DNA from: a bacterium
GTDB taxonomy: Bacteria; SZUA-79; Acidulodesulfobacterales; Acidulodesulfobacteraceae
NCBI GenBank assembly: GCA_021828445.1
Contig: JAJZJD010000001.1
Location: 1 to 57,449, forward strand
DNA length: 57,449 nt
Direction of reading: 5' to 3'
The notes under the pieces are model-generated. The model was not told where the DNA came from, ran no database searches, and worked only from the letters and a program-made list of their open reading frames with translations. Shown here one piece after another: positions 1-9,236 of this stretch. The position numbers were made by a program, and so were the translations under genes. Each line of letters begins with the position of its first letter. Within the stretch, counting starts at the first letter, position 1.

Positions 1-1332
1 TCTACTAACGACGTTTATCATGTATATACGGTCGATGCCCATTCTTTAAACGGTATATTTTATCTTGAAAATATGGCAAATTTTAAAATAAATAACGAAC
101 TTAAAGAAGTATTTGAAGATTTAAGTCCGGAAGATATGCTTATTTTAAATTTTTCGCTTCTTCTTCACGATATCGGCAAAGGATATTCCGCCCATCACGA
201 GTCTATAGGCTCTAAAATAGCGGTTAAAATCGCAAAAAGAATAGGTTTCGGTTCAAATGTTTCCGATACCGTAGAATTTTTGATTTTAAATCATTTCGTT
301 CTTCCGCTGACTTCCGAAAGAAGAGATATTCACGATCCGGCTACTATTAAATACGTTGCCGGTATCGTTAAAGACGTAGAGCGCTTAAAGCTTCTTTTTA
401 TCGTGAGTATCTGCGATTCTATGGCGGTTTCTAAAACAAGGTTTAATTCATGGAGGAAGATGCTTTTGGTCGAACTTTACCAAAGAACGCTGTCGTATTT
501 AAAAAACACGGAAGAATATTTTAAAGACGACGGTTACCATATAAATGCGGTATATGAATACGCAGAAACGCTAAGAGGAAAAAAAGGATTTAAATTTCTT
601 GAAAATATTAAGGATTTAAAAGAATTTATATCGGATTTTATTAATAAATTTTACTCTCCCGGCAAGTACTTGGCAAGAGAAAGCAAAGAAAATATTTTGC
701 TGCACTTAAAATTGTTTTCTAAAATAACCGAGTCCCATAGATTTAATTTTGTAGCAAAAATGCACGAAACGGAAGATTATTACGAAATAGTAATTTGCGG
801 AGAAGACAGCAAAGCAATATTTTCGAATATAACGGGAGTTTTATCGTATTTTGATTTTAATATATTAAGCGCCGATATAAACACAAGAAAAGACGGTAAA
901 TTTGTAGATACTTTTTTTGTAAACCATATATACAAAAAAGTTGACGGAGATATCGACTGGCATAAACTAAGAAAAACTTTCTTTAACGTTTTTAACGGAA
1001 CGGAAAAATTGGAGGAAAAGTTAAAAAATAAAAGAAAAAGCGAAAGTTTATACGCAAAGAGCGGACCCAGAGTTATAACTTCCGCAGAGATTTACAATAA
1101 TATGAGCGGCGAATTTACCGTGATAGAAATACAGGCTTTAGACAGAAAAGGACTTTTGCACGATATAGGAAAAATTTTTAATTCGTTCAATATTGACATT
1201 TTTGTTTCTAAAATTACGACGCAGGGGAATAAAGCCTATGATACGTTTTATGTTAAAAATTATCAAGGCGGCAAAATAAGGAATTTACTTTTAATGAAAA
1301 AAATAAAACAAACCGTTATAGATATGCTTTAA
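1..1332 (+). CDS. glnD: [protein-PII] uridylyltransferase / uridylyl-removing enzyme, C-terminal part (5' end outside window)
   Basis: Frame 1 is open from nt 1: STNDVYHVYTVDAHSL precedes the first ATG at 73. HD-domain motif LLLHDIGK. Two C-terminal ACT-like repeats (e.g. TVIEIQALDRKGLLHDIGKIF). Confidence 0.8.
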   Translation, partial: STNDVYHVYTVDAHSLNGIFYLENMANFKINNELKEVFEDLSPEDMLILNFSLLLHDIGKGYSAHHESIGSKIAVKIAKRIGFGSNVSDTVEFLILNHFVLPLTSERRDIHDPATIKYVAGIVKDVERLKLLFIVSICDSMAVSKTRFNSWRKMLLVELYQRTLSYLKNTEEYFKDDGYHINAVYEYAETLRGKKGFKFLENIKDLKEFISDFINKFYSPGKYLARESKENILLHLKLFSKITESHRFNFVAKMHETEDYYEIVICGEDSKAIFSNITGVLSYFDFNILSADINTRKDGKFVDTFFVNHIYKKVDGDIDWHKLRKTFFNVFNGTEKLEEKLKNKRKSESLYAKSGPRVITSAEIYNNMSGEFTVIEIQALDRKGLLHDIGKIFNSFNIDIFVSKITTQGNKAYDTFYVKNYQGGKIRNLLLMKKIKQTVIDML

Positions 1333-1371
1333 AACACCTCGTTTAATTTTCTTGACTAAAAGCATTATATT

Positions 1372-1650
1372 GTGATAAAAATATTAATTATGGCTGCCGA
1401 ACCGAAAACAAAAACATTTGCGGAAATTTATGAATCGCAGGGACATTATTTAGAAGCATTGAATATTTATATAGACCTTCTAAAAGAAAATCCTTTCGAC
1501 GAAGAATCTTTGGGTAGTATAAAAAGGCTTCAAGGCTTAATTAAAACAGATAAAGAAAACGACAATAAAAAACGTCAAAACGTAATATCTGCTTTAGAAA
1601 ATTTTCTGCAGAAAACTTACGCCTACAAAAAAAGTTCCTCACTGCTCTGA
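1372..1650 (+). CDS. small hypothetical protein with one TPR-like helix pair (start may be the ATG at 1390)
   Basis: 92-aa ORF in the glnD-peptidase gap. FAEIYESQGHYLEALNIYIDLLKENP resembles a TPR repeat. No further support. Confidence 0.35.
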   Translation: MIKILIMAAEPKTKTFAEIYESQGHYLEALNIYIDLLKENPFDEESLGSIKRLQGLIKTDKENDNKKRQNVISALENFLQKTYAYKKSSSLL

Positions 1651-1689
1651 GTAAATATAAAAGTAAATAAAAGGATATAAAAATAATCC

Positions 1690-2796
1690 ATGCTTAATTT
1701 GCAGGAACTTGCTTCAAATATAGTCGAAAAAAAAGCTTCCGGAATTTTAATAAAAAAACCGGCAAATATCTTTTTCGTCTCTAATTTTTCAGGCAGCGGA
1801 TATTTGTATTTTTCGGTTTCAGGAGAAATTATTCTTTATACCGATGCCAGATATTCAGAAAGAGCCGCTAAAGAATGTTTTAAAAATGTTAAGATAATCG
1901 AAATAAAAGAAGCATTCAAGAATATAGCCTCCGATATATCGCTGAGAGCCGGCTTAAGCGGTTTTTCTTCTATACTGTTTGAATCAGATTATATTACTTA
2001 CGACGAATATGAATCGTTTGCCAAAGAATTTGGAAATAAGTTAAATTTTATTCCGGCAGGCGCTTTTTTGTCTAAAATCAGAACAATTAAAGACAAAAAA
2101 GAACTTGATTATATAATGCAGGCGGTTTCAGTATCAGAAAAAGCCGTTATAGACATGCTCATGAAAATTGTCTGCAGTAACGAATCGGAATGTATTTCCG
2201 AGAAAAAAGCTTCTTTAATTTATAAAAAAAATCTTTTAGATTTTTATTCCGCGGAATCTTTTGAAACGATAGTGCTTTCCGGCAGAAATTCAAGTATTCC
2301 GCACGGCTTGCCTTCGGCGGATAAAATTATTTCAAAGAGCGGCGTTTTATTATGCGACTTTGGAGCGGAAATTAACGGATATAAGAGCGACGAGACGTTT
2401 ACGGTTCATCTCGGAAAACCGGACAAGAAATTTTTAGACGTTTACGACGCGGTTTATACGGCGCAGCAGAAGGCTATTTCAAAAATAAAACCGGGCGTAA
2501 AATTCGGCAGTTTAGACAAAACGGCGCGCGATTATATAGAAAAACGAGGTTACGGAAAATATTTTACTCATTCTTTGGGACACGGCGTAGGATTAGACAT
2601 ACATGAATATCCGTACGTCGGCAAAAAAAACTTGGATACGGTTAAGGAAGGAATGGTGTTTACCGTGGAGCCGGGCGTTTATTTAGAGGGTGAATTCGGC
2701 GTAAGAATAGAAGATATGTGTTATGTGGAACGCGAAGGGGCAAGGATTATAACCGGCATTAAAAAAAATAAGCATTGCGTAGAAGGTTTGCTATAG
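1690..2796 (+). CDS. M24-family Xaa-Pro aminopeptidase/dipeptidase
   Basis: Metal-ligand motifs of the pita-bread fold: LLCDFGAEINGYKSD, HSLGHGVGLDIHEYP, FTVEPGVY, RIEDM. Position upstream of efp is common. Confidence 0.85.
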   Translation: MLNLQELASNIVEKKASGILIKKPANIFFVSNFSGSGYLYFSVSGEIILYTDARYSERAAKECFKNVKIIEIKEAFKNIASDISLRAGLSGFSSILFESDYITYDEYESFAKEFGNKLNFIPAGAFLSKIRTIKDKKELDYIMQAVSVSEKAVIDMLMKIVCSNESECISEKKASLIYKKNLLDFYSAESFETIVLSGRNSSIPHGLPSADKIISKSGVLLCDFGAEINGYKSDETFTVHLGKPDKKFLDVYDAVYTAQQKAISKIKPGVKFGSLDKTARDYIEKRGYGKYFTHSLGHGVGLDIHEYPYVGKKNLDTVKEGMVFTVEPGVYLEGEFGVRIEDMCYVEREGARIITGIKKNKHCVEGLL

Positions 2797-2948
2797 ATTT
2801 AAAATTAATGTTAAATTTAATAGTTGATTTTTATTCCGCTTTGTTTTAAATTAATTAATGCGTTGAAAGTAAAAACAATTCGCAAACATAAATAATAAAT
2901 ATTAGTATATTAAAATTAAAATATTACATATAACGGAGGTTTTTCTAA

Positions 2949-3518
2949 GTGTATTCTACTACGGATTTTAAAAAAGGGCTTAAGATAGAAATGGATAAGG
3001 AGCCGTACGAAATAATCGACTTTCAGCATGTGAAGCCCGGCAAAGGCGGAGCGTTCGTCAGGACAAAACTGAAGAGCCTTATTTCGGGGAAAGTAATCGA
3101 CAGAACTTTAAGGGCGGGAGAAAAGGTTGAAACGCCTGATATAGAAGAAAAAAATGTGCAGTATCTTTACAGCGAGGGCAGCGATTTTATTTTTATGGAC
3201 AACGAAACGTATGACCAAGTCCATATAGACAAAGGAGCCTGCGCAGAAAGCGCCGGATTTTTGCTTGAAAATATAAACGTTAAAGTACTGTATTATAACG
3301 GCAAACCGATAAATATAGAAACGCCTAATTTTATAGACGTTAAAATAACTCAAACAGAACCGGGTCTTAGAGGCGATACCGTTTCAGGAGCTACCAAACC
3401 TGCAACTTTAGAAACGGGATTAGTTATAAGCGTGCCGTTATTTTTAAACGAAGGCGATTTAATAAAAGTCGATACCAGGACTAAGTCTTATATAGAAAGA
3501 ATAAGCGCAAAACAGTAA
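2949..3518 (+). CDS. efp: translation elongation factor P
   Basis: N-terminus FKKGLKIEMDKEPYEIIDFQHVKPGKGGAFVRTKLKSL is the canonical EF-P signature. GTG start preceded by GGAGG. Confidence 0.95.
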   Translation: MYSTTDFKKGLKIEMDKEPYEIIDFQHVKPGKGGAFVRTKLKSLISGKVIDRTLRAGEKVETPDIEEKNVQYLYSEGSDFIFMDNETYDQVHIDKGACAESAGFLLENINVKVLYYNGKPINIETPNFIDVKITQTEPGLRGDTVSGATKPATLETGLVISVPLFLNEGDLIKVDTRTKSYIERISAKQ

Positions 3519-3582
3519 AATATCGGCTGCTTGATTTTGATTCTATGAAAATATATCGTCTTGCCGTGTGAAAGGAGAAAAT

Positions 3583-4098
3583 ATGAATATAAAAGACATT
3601 AAAGATTTGGTAAAATTCATTAAATCGAACAAAATTAAAGAGTTTTACTATAAAAAAGGCGACGAAGAGTTTAAAGTTACTCTTGATTCAGATGAATTTT
3701 ATAAAGGCGGACACAGAAATGCATTAATTGAAAAAAAAGCAGAGCGCGGCGCTCAAATTTCCGATTACGAACAAGCCGAACTTGTTAATTTTGCTATAAG
3801 CAGGGCTAACATAGCGGCGGAAGCCGATGCAGCGGCGGCTAAAGTTAAAAATGAACGCCTTAAGGAGATAGTTTCTCCTTTCGTCGGCTCGTTTTATAGG
3901 TCGTCTTCTCCCGATAAACCGTCTTTCGTCGAGGTCGATTCCATAGTCGAAAAAGGAAGTCCGGTTTGTATAGTCGAGGCTATGAAAATTATGAACGAAA
4001 TAGAAGTCGATATGAAATGCAGGATAGTATCCATTCTTGCAGAGAACGGACAATTGGTCGAATTCGGACAGCCATTGTTTTTGGTAGAACCTCTTTAA
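3583..4098 (+). CDS. accB: acetyl-CoA carboxylase biotin carboxyl carrier protein
   Basis: Biotinylation motif CIVEAMKIMNEIE near the C-terminus. The ATG at 3583 follows AAGGAG, and the ORF-track GTG at 3568 overlaps that RBS. Followed by accC. Confidence 0.9.
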   Translation: MNIKDIKDLVKFIKSNKIKEFYYKKGDEEFKVTLDSDEFYKGGHRNALIEKKAERGAQISDYEQAELVNFAISRANIAAEADAAAAKVKNERLKEIVSPFVGSFYRSSSPDKPSFVEVDSIVEKGSPVCIVEAMKIMNEIEVDMKCRIVSILAENGQLVEFGQPLFLVEPL

Positions 4099-4174
4099 TA
4101 AAATTTAGGGAATATAAAACTTTATATAAGTTATATAAAATAGGCTTAAAAACAGAAAATAAAAAAAATAAAAT

Positions 4175-5515
4175 ATGTTTAGAAAAATTTTAATTGCCAA
4201 CAGAGGAGAAATTGCGGTCAGAATTATAAGGGCTTGCAAAGAACTGGGCATAAAAACGGTTGCGGTATATTCAACTGCCGACAGGGACAGTCTTCACGTA
4301 AAATATGCCGACCAGAGTATATGCATAGGACCTCCGCCTTCGTCTAAAAGTTATCTTAATATATCTTCTATTATATCTGCGGCGGAAATAACCGACAGCG
4401 AAGCTATACATCCCGGATACGGTTTTTTATCGGAAAATGCAAATTTTGCCGAAATTTGCGAGAATTGCGGCATCAAATTTATCGGGCCTACCTCTTCAAA
4501 TATGAATTCGCTTGGAAATAAGCGAAACGCAAGAAAATTAGTCAAGAGCCTCGGCATTCCGGTTTTGCCCGGCAGCGACGATATAGGCGATAATGAAGAA
4601 GAGATTAAAAAGGCAGCCGAAAAAATAGGATATCCGTTAATACTTAAGGCTTCTATGGGCGGCGGCGGAAGAGGCATCAAGATGGTTTTGACGCCGGCTC
4701 ATTTATCTCAGGCTTATCATCAGGCAAGACAGGAAGCCCAGTCTTTTTTCGGCGACCAGGACGTTTATTTAGAAAAATTTTGCGAAAATCCAAGACATGT
4801 AGAATTTCAGGTGCTTGCTGACAAATACGGCAATGCCGTTTATCTCGGCGAAAGGGATTGTTCTATTCAGAGAAGGCATCAAAAAATTATAGAAGAAGCT
4901 CCGTCTCTTGCCGTGAAATCCGCCGCAAGAAAAAAAATGGGTGCATTAATATTAAAAGTCGTTAAAGAAATAAATTACGTAAATGCTGCAACTTTCGAAT
5001 TTTTATTAGATAAAAACGATGATTTTTATTTTATGGAAGTAAATACCCGCGTCCAGGTCGAACATCCCGTTACCGAGTTTGTTACCGGTATCGATATCAT
5101 TAAGGAACAGATAAGAATAGCAAACGGAGACAGGCTTAAAATAAAACAGGAAGACGTTAAAATTAAAGGACACAGTATAGAGCTTAGGATTAACGCCGAA
5201 GATCCTATAAATTTTAAACCGTCGCCGGGTTTGATAACTAATTATATAAAACCGGGCGGATTCAACGTCAGGGTAGACGATTTGGGATATTGCGGATATA
5301 GCGTACAGCCTTATTACGATTCGTTAATAGCAAAACTTATAGTCTACGATACGAACAGGCTTGGAGCCATAAATAAGGCTAAAAACGCTCTTAACGAATT
5401 TGAAATAGGCGGCATCGAAACCAATATTCCTTTCCTTAAAAGAATATTAAACGACAGCGATTTCATTTCCGGAAAAGTCGATATAGGTTACGTACAGAGA
5501 TTTATCGAAAGATAA
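4175..5515 (+). CDS. accC: acetyl-CoA carboxylase biotin carboxylase subunit
   Basis: MFRKILIANRGEIAVRIIRACKELGI, the GGGGRGI ATP-grasp loop and YFMEVNTRVQVEHPVTE are textbook AccC motifs. Confidence 0.95.
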   Translation: MFRKILIANRGEIAVRIIRACKELGIKTVAVYSTADRDSLHVKYADQSICIGPPPSSKSYLNISSIISAAEITDSEAIHPGYGFLSENANFAEICENCGIKFIGPTSSNMNSLGNKRNARKLVKSLGIPVLPGSDDIGDNEEEIKKAAEKIGYPLILKASMGGGGRGIKMVLTPAHLSQAYHQARQEAQSFFGDQDVYLEKFCENPRHVEFQVLADKYGNAVYLGERDCSIQRRHQKIIEEAPSLAVKSAARKKMGALILKVVKEINYVNAATFEFLLDKNDDFYFMEVNTRVQVEHPVTEFVTGIDIIKEQIRIANGDRLKIKQEDVKIKGHSIELRINAEDPINFKPSPGLITNYIKPGGFNVRVDDLGYCGYSVQPYYDSLIAKLIVYDTNRLGAINKAKNALNEFEIGGIETNIPFLKRILNDSDFISGKVDIGYVQRFIER

Positions 5516-5719
5516 AAAATAATTAAAATTTATTTAAATTATATAAATTTTATGTTGCAAATATTTTAATAAAATTATTAAATAAAATATATATCGTAAA
5601 TTATATATATTAAATACCGCATAATTTACGCGTTGCAGTTATTATATGCTGTAAGCAAAAAAGGCATTAATAAATATAATCATCTAAATAATAATAACAG
5701 GGATAGCAAAGGGGGAATT

Positions 5720-6103
5720 ATGGATTTTCCAAAAGGCTTAAAATATAATTCGGAACATATCTGGGTCAAAGTAACCGGCGATAACGCTTTAATAGGAGTG
5801 ACGGACTATGCTCAGGATCAGCTCGGAGACATTATATACGTCGATCTGCCTGAGGCAGGTTATGAACTTGAGCAAAACGAATCTTTCGGCACTATAGAAT
5901 CGGCTAAATCCGTTTCCGAACTTTACGCGCCTGTAAGCGGACACGTGATCAGCGTAAACGACTCCTTGAAAGACGAACCGGAATTAGTAAACGAAGAACC
6001 TTACGATGCCGGATGGCTTCTTAAAGTTAAACTGACTAACGAAGACGAGCTTAACGACCTTATGGATCAGGCGGCATACGAAGAATATTTAAAAAATTCT
6101 TAA
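5720..6103 (+). CDS. gcvH: glycine cleavage system H protein
   Basis: YNSEHIWVKV...IGVTDYAQDQLGDIIYVDLP...ESAKSVSELYAPVSG contains the lipoyl-lysine (ESAK). The ATG at 5720 follows AAAGGGGGA, and the upstream 29 codons of the ORF track look non-coding. Confidence 0.9.
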   Translation: MDFPKGLKYNSEHIWVKVTGDNALIGVTDYAQDQLGDIIYVDLPEAGYELEQNESFGTIESAKSVSELYAPVSGHVISVNDSLKDEPELVNEEPYDAGWLLKVKLTNEDELNDLMDQAAYEEYLKNS

Positions 6104-6894
6104 TGAGTTTTAATCTTATAATTTCAGGCGGACATTCCGGCAGTTTTAACATGTCCGCCGACCTTTTTTTATTAAACAAGTATAAAACGGCGGATGCTTT
6201 TTCCGCAAATCCAACCTTAAGGATTTATTATTTTAATCCTCCTGCGTTATCGTTAGGTTTTTTTCAAAAAGATAAGAATACAGACGATAAAATTATCGAA
6301 AAAGCTAAAAACAAGGGTTTCGACGTTGTTTCGAGACCGACCGGCGGCAGGGCGGTTCTTCATAAATCGGAAATAACCTATTCTGTAACCGCATCTTACA
6401 AAAACGGAATTTTTGCCGGAAAGCTTATCGAAACGTATAAAAAAATAAGCGAGTTCCTTTATCTTTTTTTTATCAAACTCGGATTAAAACCGGATAACGG
6501 GGATTATCCGAGTAAAAATATGCATCGCGGTAAAAATAATTTTAATTGTTTTCTTAAAGCCCATTCTTACGAAATAACGTTCGGCGGAAGAAAAATTTGC
6601 GGTAATTCTCAGAGAAGAAACGATTTTGCGTTTCTGCAGCACGGTTCTATTTACATAGATTACAAACCGGAGGAGCATATTGAAATATTCGATAACGAAG
6701 GCGGCGGAAATCATAACGAATATTTTAATAACATTACGGGTATCCGGCAGGAAATCGAAAGAAGTGCAGAATTAAATGAACCAAATAAACAAATTGCCGG
6801 AGAATTAACCTTTAATTATCTTTCCGAAATTTTAGCGGCGTCATTTTCCGAAGCCTATAATTTAAAGCCTCTTATTATTCAAGAAAATATTTGA
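6103..6894 (+). CDS. lipoate-protein ligase / octanoyltransferase family protein (BPL_LplA_LipB fold)
   Basis: RPTGGRAVLH and GGRKICGNSQRR motifs. The start overlaps the gcvH stop by 1 nt (TAATG), which fits lipoylation of GcvH. Confidence 0.7.
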   Translation: MSFNLIISGGHSGSFNMSADLFLLNKYKTADAFSANPTLRIYYFNPPALSLGFFQKDKNTDDKIIEKAKNKGFDVVSRPTGGRAVLHKSEITYSVTASYKNGIFAGKLIETYKKISEFLYLFFIKLGLKPDNGDYPSKNMHRGKNNFNCFLKAHSYEITFGGRKICGNSQRRNDFAFLQHGSIYIDYKPEEHIEIFDNEGGGNHNEYFNNITGIRQEIERSAELNEPNKQIAGELTFNYLSEILAASFSEAYNLKPLIIQENI

Positions 6895-7081
6895 AAAAAT
6901 ATTTTTTGCCTAAATTTTAACCAATAATTTATATATATTAAAAACTGCCTAATTTTTAATCATATAAATCCTGCTTTTATTTAATCTTTAAACTTATAAT
7001 AGTTTTCATTTTTTTTGTTTAATCAAGGCATTCCGCTGTTTTAAGCATTACAAATTTAATAAATTACATAATTGAAACGTT

Positions 7082-7097
7082 TGGCATAAAACTTGCT
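7082..7097 (+). promoter_or_regulatory. sigma-54 (-24/-12) type promoter TGGCAT-N5-TTGCT
   Basis: TGGCATaaaacTTGCT has correct GG-N10-GC spacing. It lies about 100 nt upstream of the porin-glnK-amtB genes. Confidence 0.6.
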
Positions 7098-7199
7098 AAT
7101 TAAAAAGTAAGCCGATTTAAAATGTATTCGAGCTAAGGCAGTTAAATTTATCAAGTATACATAAAAAAAAGAAAAAATAAAAATTTAAGGGGAGAAATC

Positions 7200-8672
7200 A
7201 TGAGATTGAAATTCAGAGGATTAATTTTAAGCGCTGTTTTTTTTATTGCGGCATTATTTTTATTAATGTTTGCGGTACATAAAAAGGCCTATGCGGCAAA
7301 TGCCGTTTCTAACGTTGGAAGCGGAAGCGGAAGCGGAAGTTTAAAAATAGGAACAAACGCAAAAATAAAAAAAATAGAAAGAAAATTAGACAAGGCTTTA
7401 ATGGAAATTCAATCTATTAAAAAAGAAAACAAAGCGCAAAATTCCGGAAACTATTTTTCAAACATTCAACTTCTGGGTACGCTGATAGCTTCTTATACCT
7501 ATAACCTTGCAAAACCTGAAGCGGTTAATACCCCTTCTTCTTTCGAGGGAAACGGCAACTACGGAGATAACTGGCAGCCTGACGGATTTGCGGTAAATAA
7601 CGCAGACATAACTATAAGGCGTTCTCCGGGAACTTCTTCCGATCCTTACGGCGTCGGTTTTCATATTTCATTAGATTTTGGGCAGAATATTCAGTTTTAT
7701 AAATCTTATTACGGCGATACGTCATATTTTACAACGCCTTTTGAAGGCAGAACTCCTTACGATATAAGAAAGGCATATATAAATATAAACCTTCCCGTAG
7801 GAAGCGGTCTTGATATTCATATCGGAAAGGAAAACGAACTTCTGGGATTCGAGGCGTTTAATCCGATAAGAAACTGGAACGATACGTATTCGCTGCTGGA
7901 TGCCGCGGAACCGGCAACTTTGACCGGCGTGTTTTTAACGTACAACTTTATACCGGCTCTTACTTCTACACTTGGAATAGCAAATACTTATAACTCCGCA
8001 GTTCCTATAGACAACCTGCCGGTTATAGAACTTAACGAAAGTTACGCCGCAACGGGTATGCTGACATTTAACGGGGGATTTATTTACGGAGAAAACAGCT
8101 ATCTTGTAGGAAACGGCACCGGCGGAAGCACAAGCGGACAACTTTACGAAGACAACCTCAATAAAAGCTTTTACGGCTATATCGACGGCGTATTAAGTCC
8201 TAATCCCGACTGGTCTTTCGTTTTAGACTACGAACTAGGTTTGGGCGGCGGAATAAACGACTCGGTGCTTAACGATAACGGAATTACCGCAAGTAATTTT
8301 AACGGCTATCCGGCTTTAGTCCAAACCTCAAGCAATACATACGATAAATCCCGTTTTTACGGCATAGCGGGCTATATTCACCACCAGCATAATTACGGCT
8401 TTGGACAGGTGGCGGAAACATTAAGGGAAACGGCCGCATACGACCAGAACGGCTTGTGGGAGATGACGAGCACTCCGGGAACAGGCGATGTATATATAGA
8501 TTCAACCCTGACATTTGCTTATCAACCGTCTTTTAAAAATTTTAAAGATGTGCAGCTCAGGCTTGAACTTGAACATCAGGGTTCAAACCATAACGTATAT
8601 TTAGATTCAAACGGATCAGCGACGCACTCTCAGCAGAACACCGTAAACCTGATGATTCTATACAGTTTTTAA
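7200..8672 (+). CDS. putative outer-membrane beta-barrel porin (signal peptide, N-terminal coiled-coil, C-terminal Phe)
   Basis: Signal peptide ending AYA-A, a short coiled-coil (KKIERKLDKALMEIQSIKKEN), alternating aromatic/Gly-rich strands and a terminal LMILYSF. Family not recognised. Confidence 0.55.
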   Translation: MRLKFRGLILSAVFFIAALFLLMFAVHKKAYAANAVSNVGSGSGSGSLKIGTNAKIKKIERKLDKALMEIQSIKKENKAQNSGNYFSNIQLLGTLIASYTYNLAKPEAVNTPSSFEGNGNYGDNWQPDGFAVNNADITIRRSPGTSSDPYGVGFHISLDFGQNIQFYKSYYGDTSYFTTPFEGRTPYDIRKAYININLPVGSGLDIHIGKENELLGFEAFNPIRNWNDTYSLLDAAEPATLTGVFLTYNFIPALTSTLGIANTYNSAVPIDNLPVIELNESYAATGMLTFNGGFIYGENSYLVGNGTGGSTSGQLYEDNLNKSFYGYIDGVLSPNPDWSFVLDYELGLGGGINDSVLNDNGITASNFNGYPALVQTSSNTYDKSRFYGIAGYIHHQHNYGFGQVAETLRETAAYDQNGLWEMTSTPGTGDVYIDSTLTFAYQPSFKNFKDVQLRLELEHQGSNHNVYLDSNGSATHSQQNTVNLMILYSF

Positions 8673-8702
8673 AGGTGTCAGATTTATTTATTTGTTTACT
8701 CT
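8666..8702 (+). repeat. 37-nt repeat copy 1 (TTTTTAAAGGTGTCAGATTTATTTATTTGTTTACTCT)
   Basis: 36/37 identical to 31508-31544. Spans the porin stop codon and the start of the porin-glnK spacer. Confidence 0.8.
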
Positions 8703-8743
8703 TGGCAAGGTTTGCGAGATTGAACAGACTCAAAAAATAATAA

Positions 8744-9103
<360 letters not shown>

Positions 9104-9236
9104 TCAATGTCGCCGTAAAATGTAAAATGATTAAATTTTTAGCATATCTATATCAATATAGATAATGAATATAGATAATGCGCAGTATTTTAAAAACAGT
9201 ATATTAAAAATAAATATTAAGGAGGAATGGGAAATT

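Noticed and set aside
3108-4680. Minus-strand ORFs 3108-3353, 3724-4053 and 4351-4680, and the plus-strand out-of-frame ORF 3966-4193.
   Set aside because: They lie entirely within or antisense to efp, accB and accC, which have unmistakable motifs. They have no RBS and low-complexity translations, so they are shadow ORFs.
5633-5719. N-terminal extensions offered by the ORF track for gcvH (5633), amtB (9165), glnK (8753), accB (3568), nifH (33245), the OMP (55495) and MNT (49107).
   Set aside because: In each case an internal ATG with a well-spaced GGAGG-type RBS gives a protein that starts at the conserved family N-terminus. The extensions are low-complexity or overlap the RBS.
7317-7340. 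(GGAAGC) x about 4 tandem hexamer encoding GSGSGSGS in the porin; considered as a phase-variation tract.
   Set aside because: A hexamer unit keeps the reading frame, so slippage would only change linker length. The tract is too short to call a contingency locus.
8702-8716. TTGGCAAGGTTTGCG upstream of glnK as a possible sigma-54 promoter.
   Set aside because: The GG-to-GC spacing is 2 nt too short (GG-N8-GC instead of GG-N10-GC).
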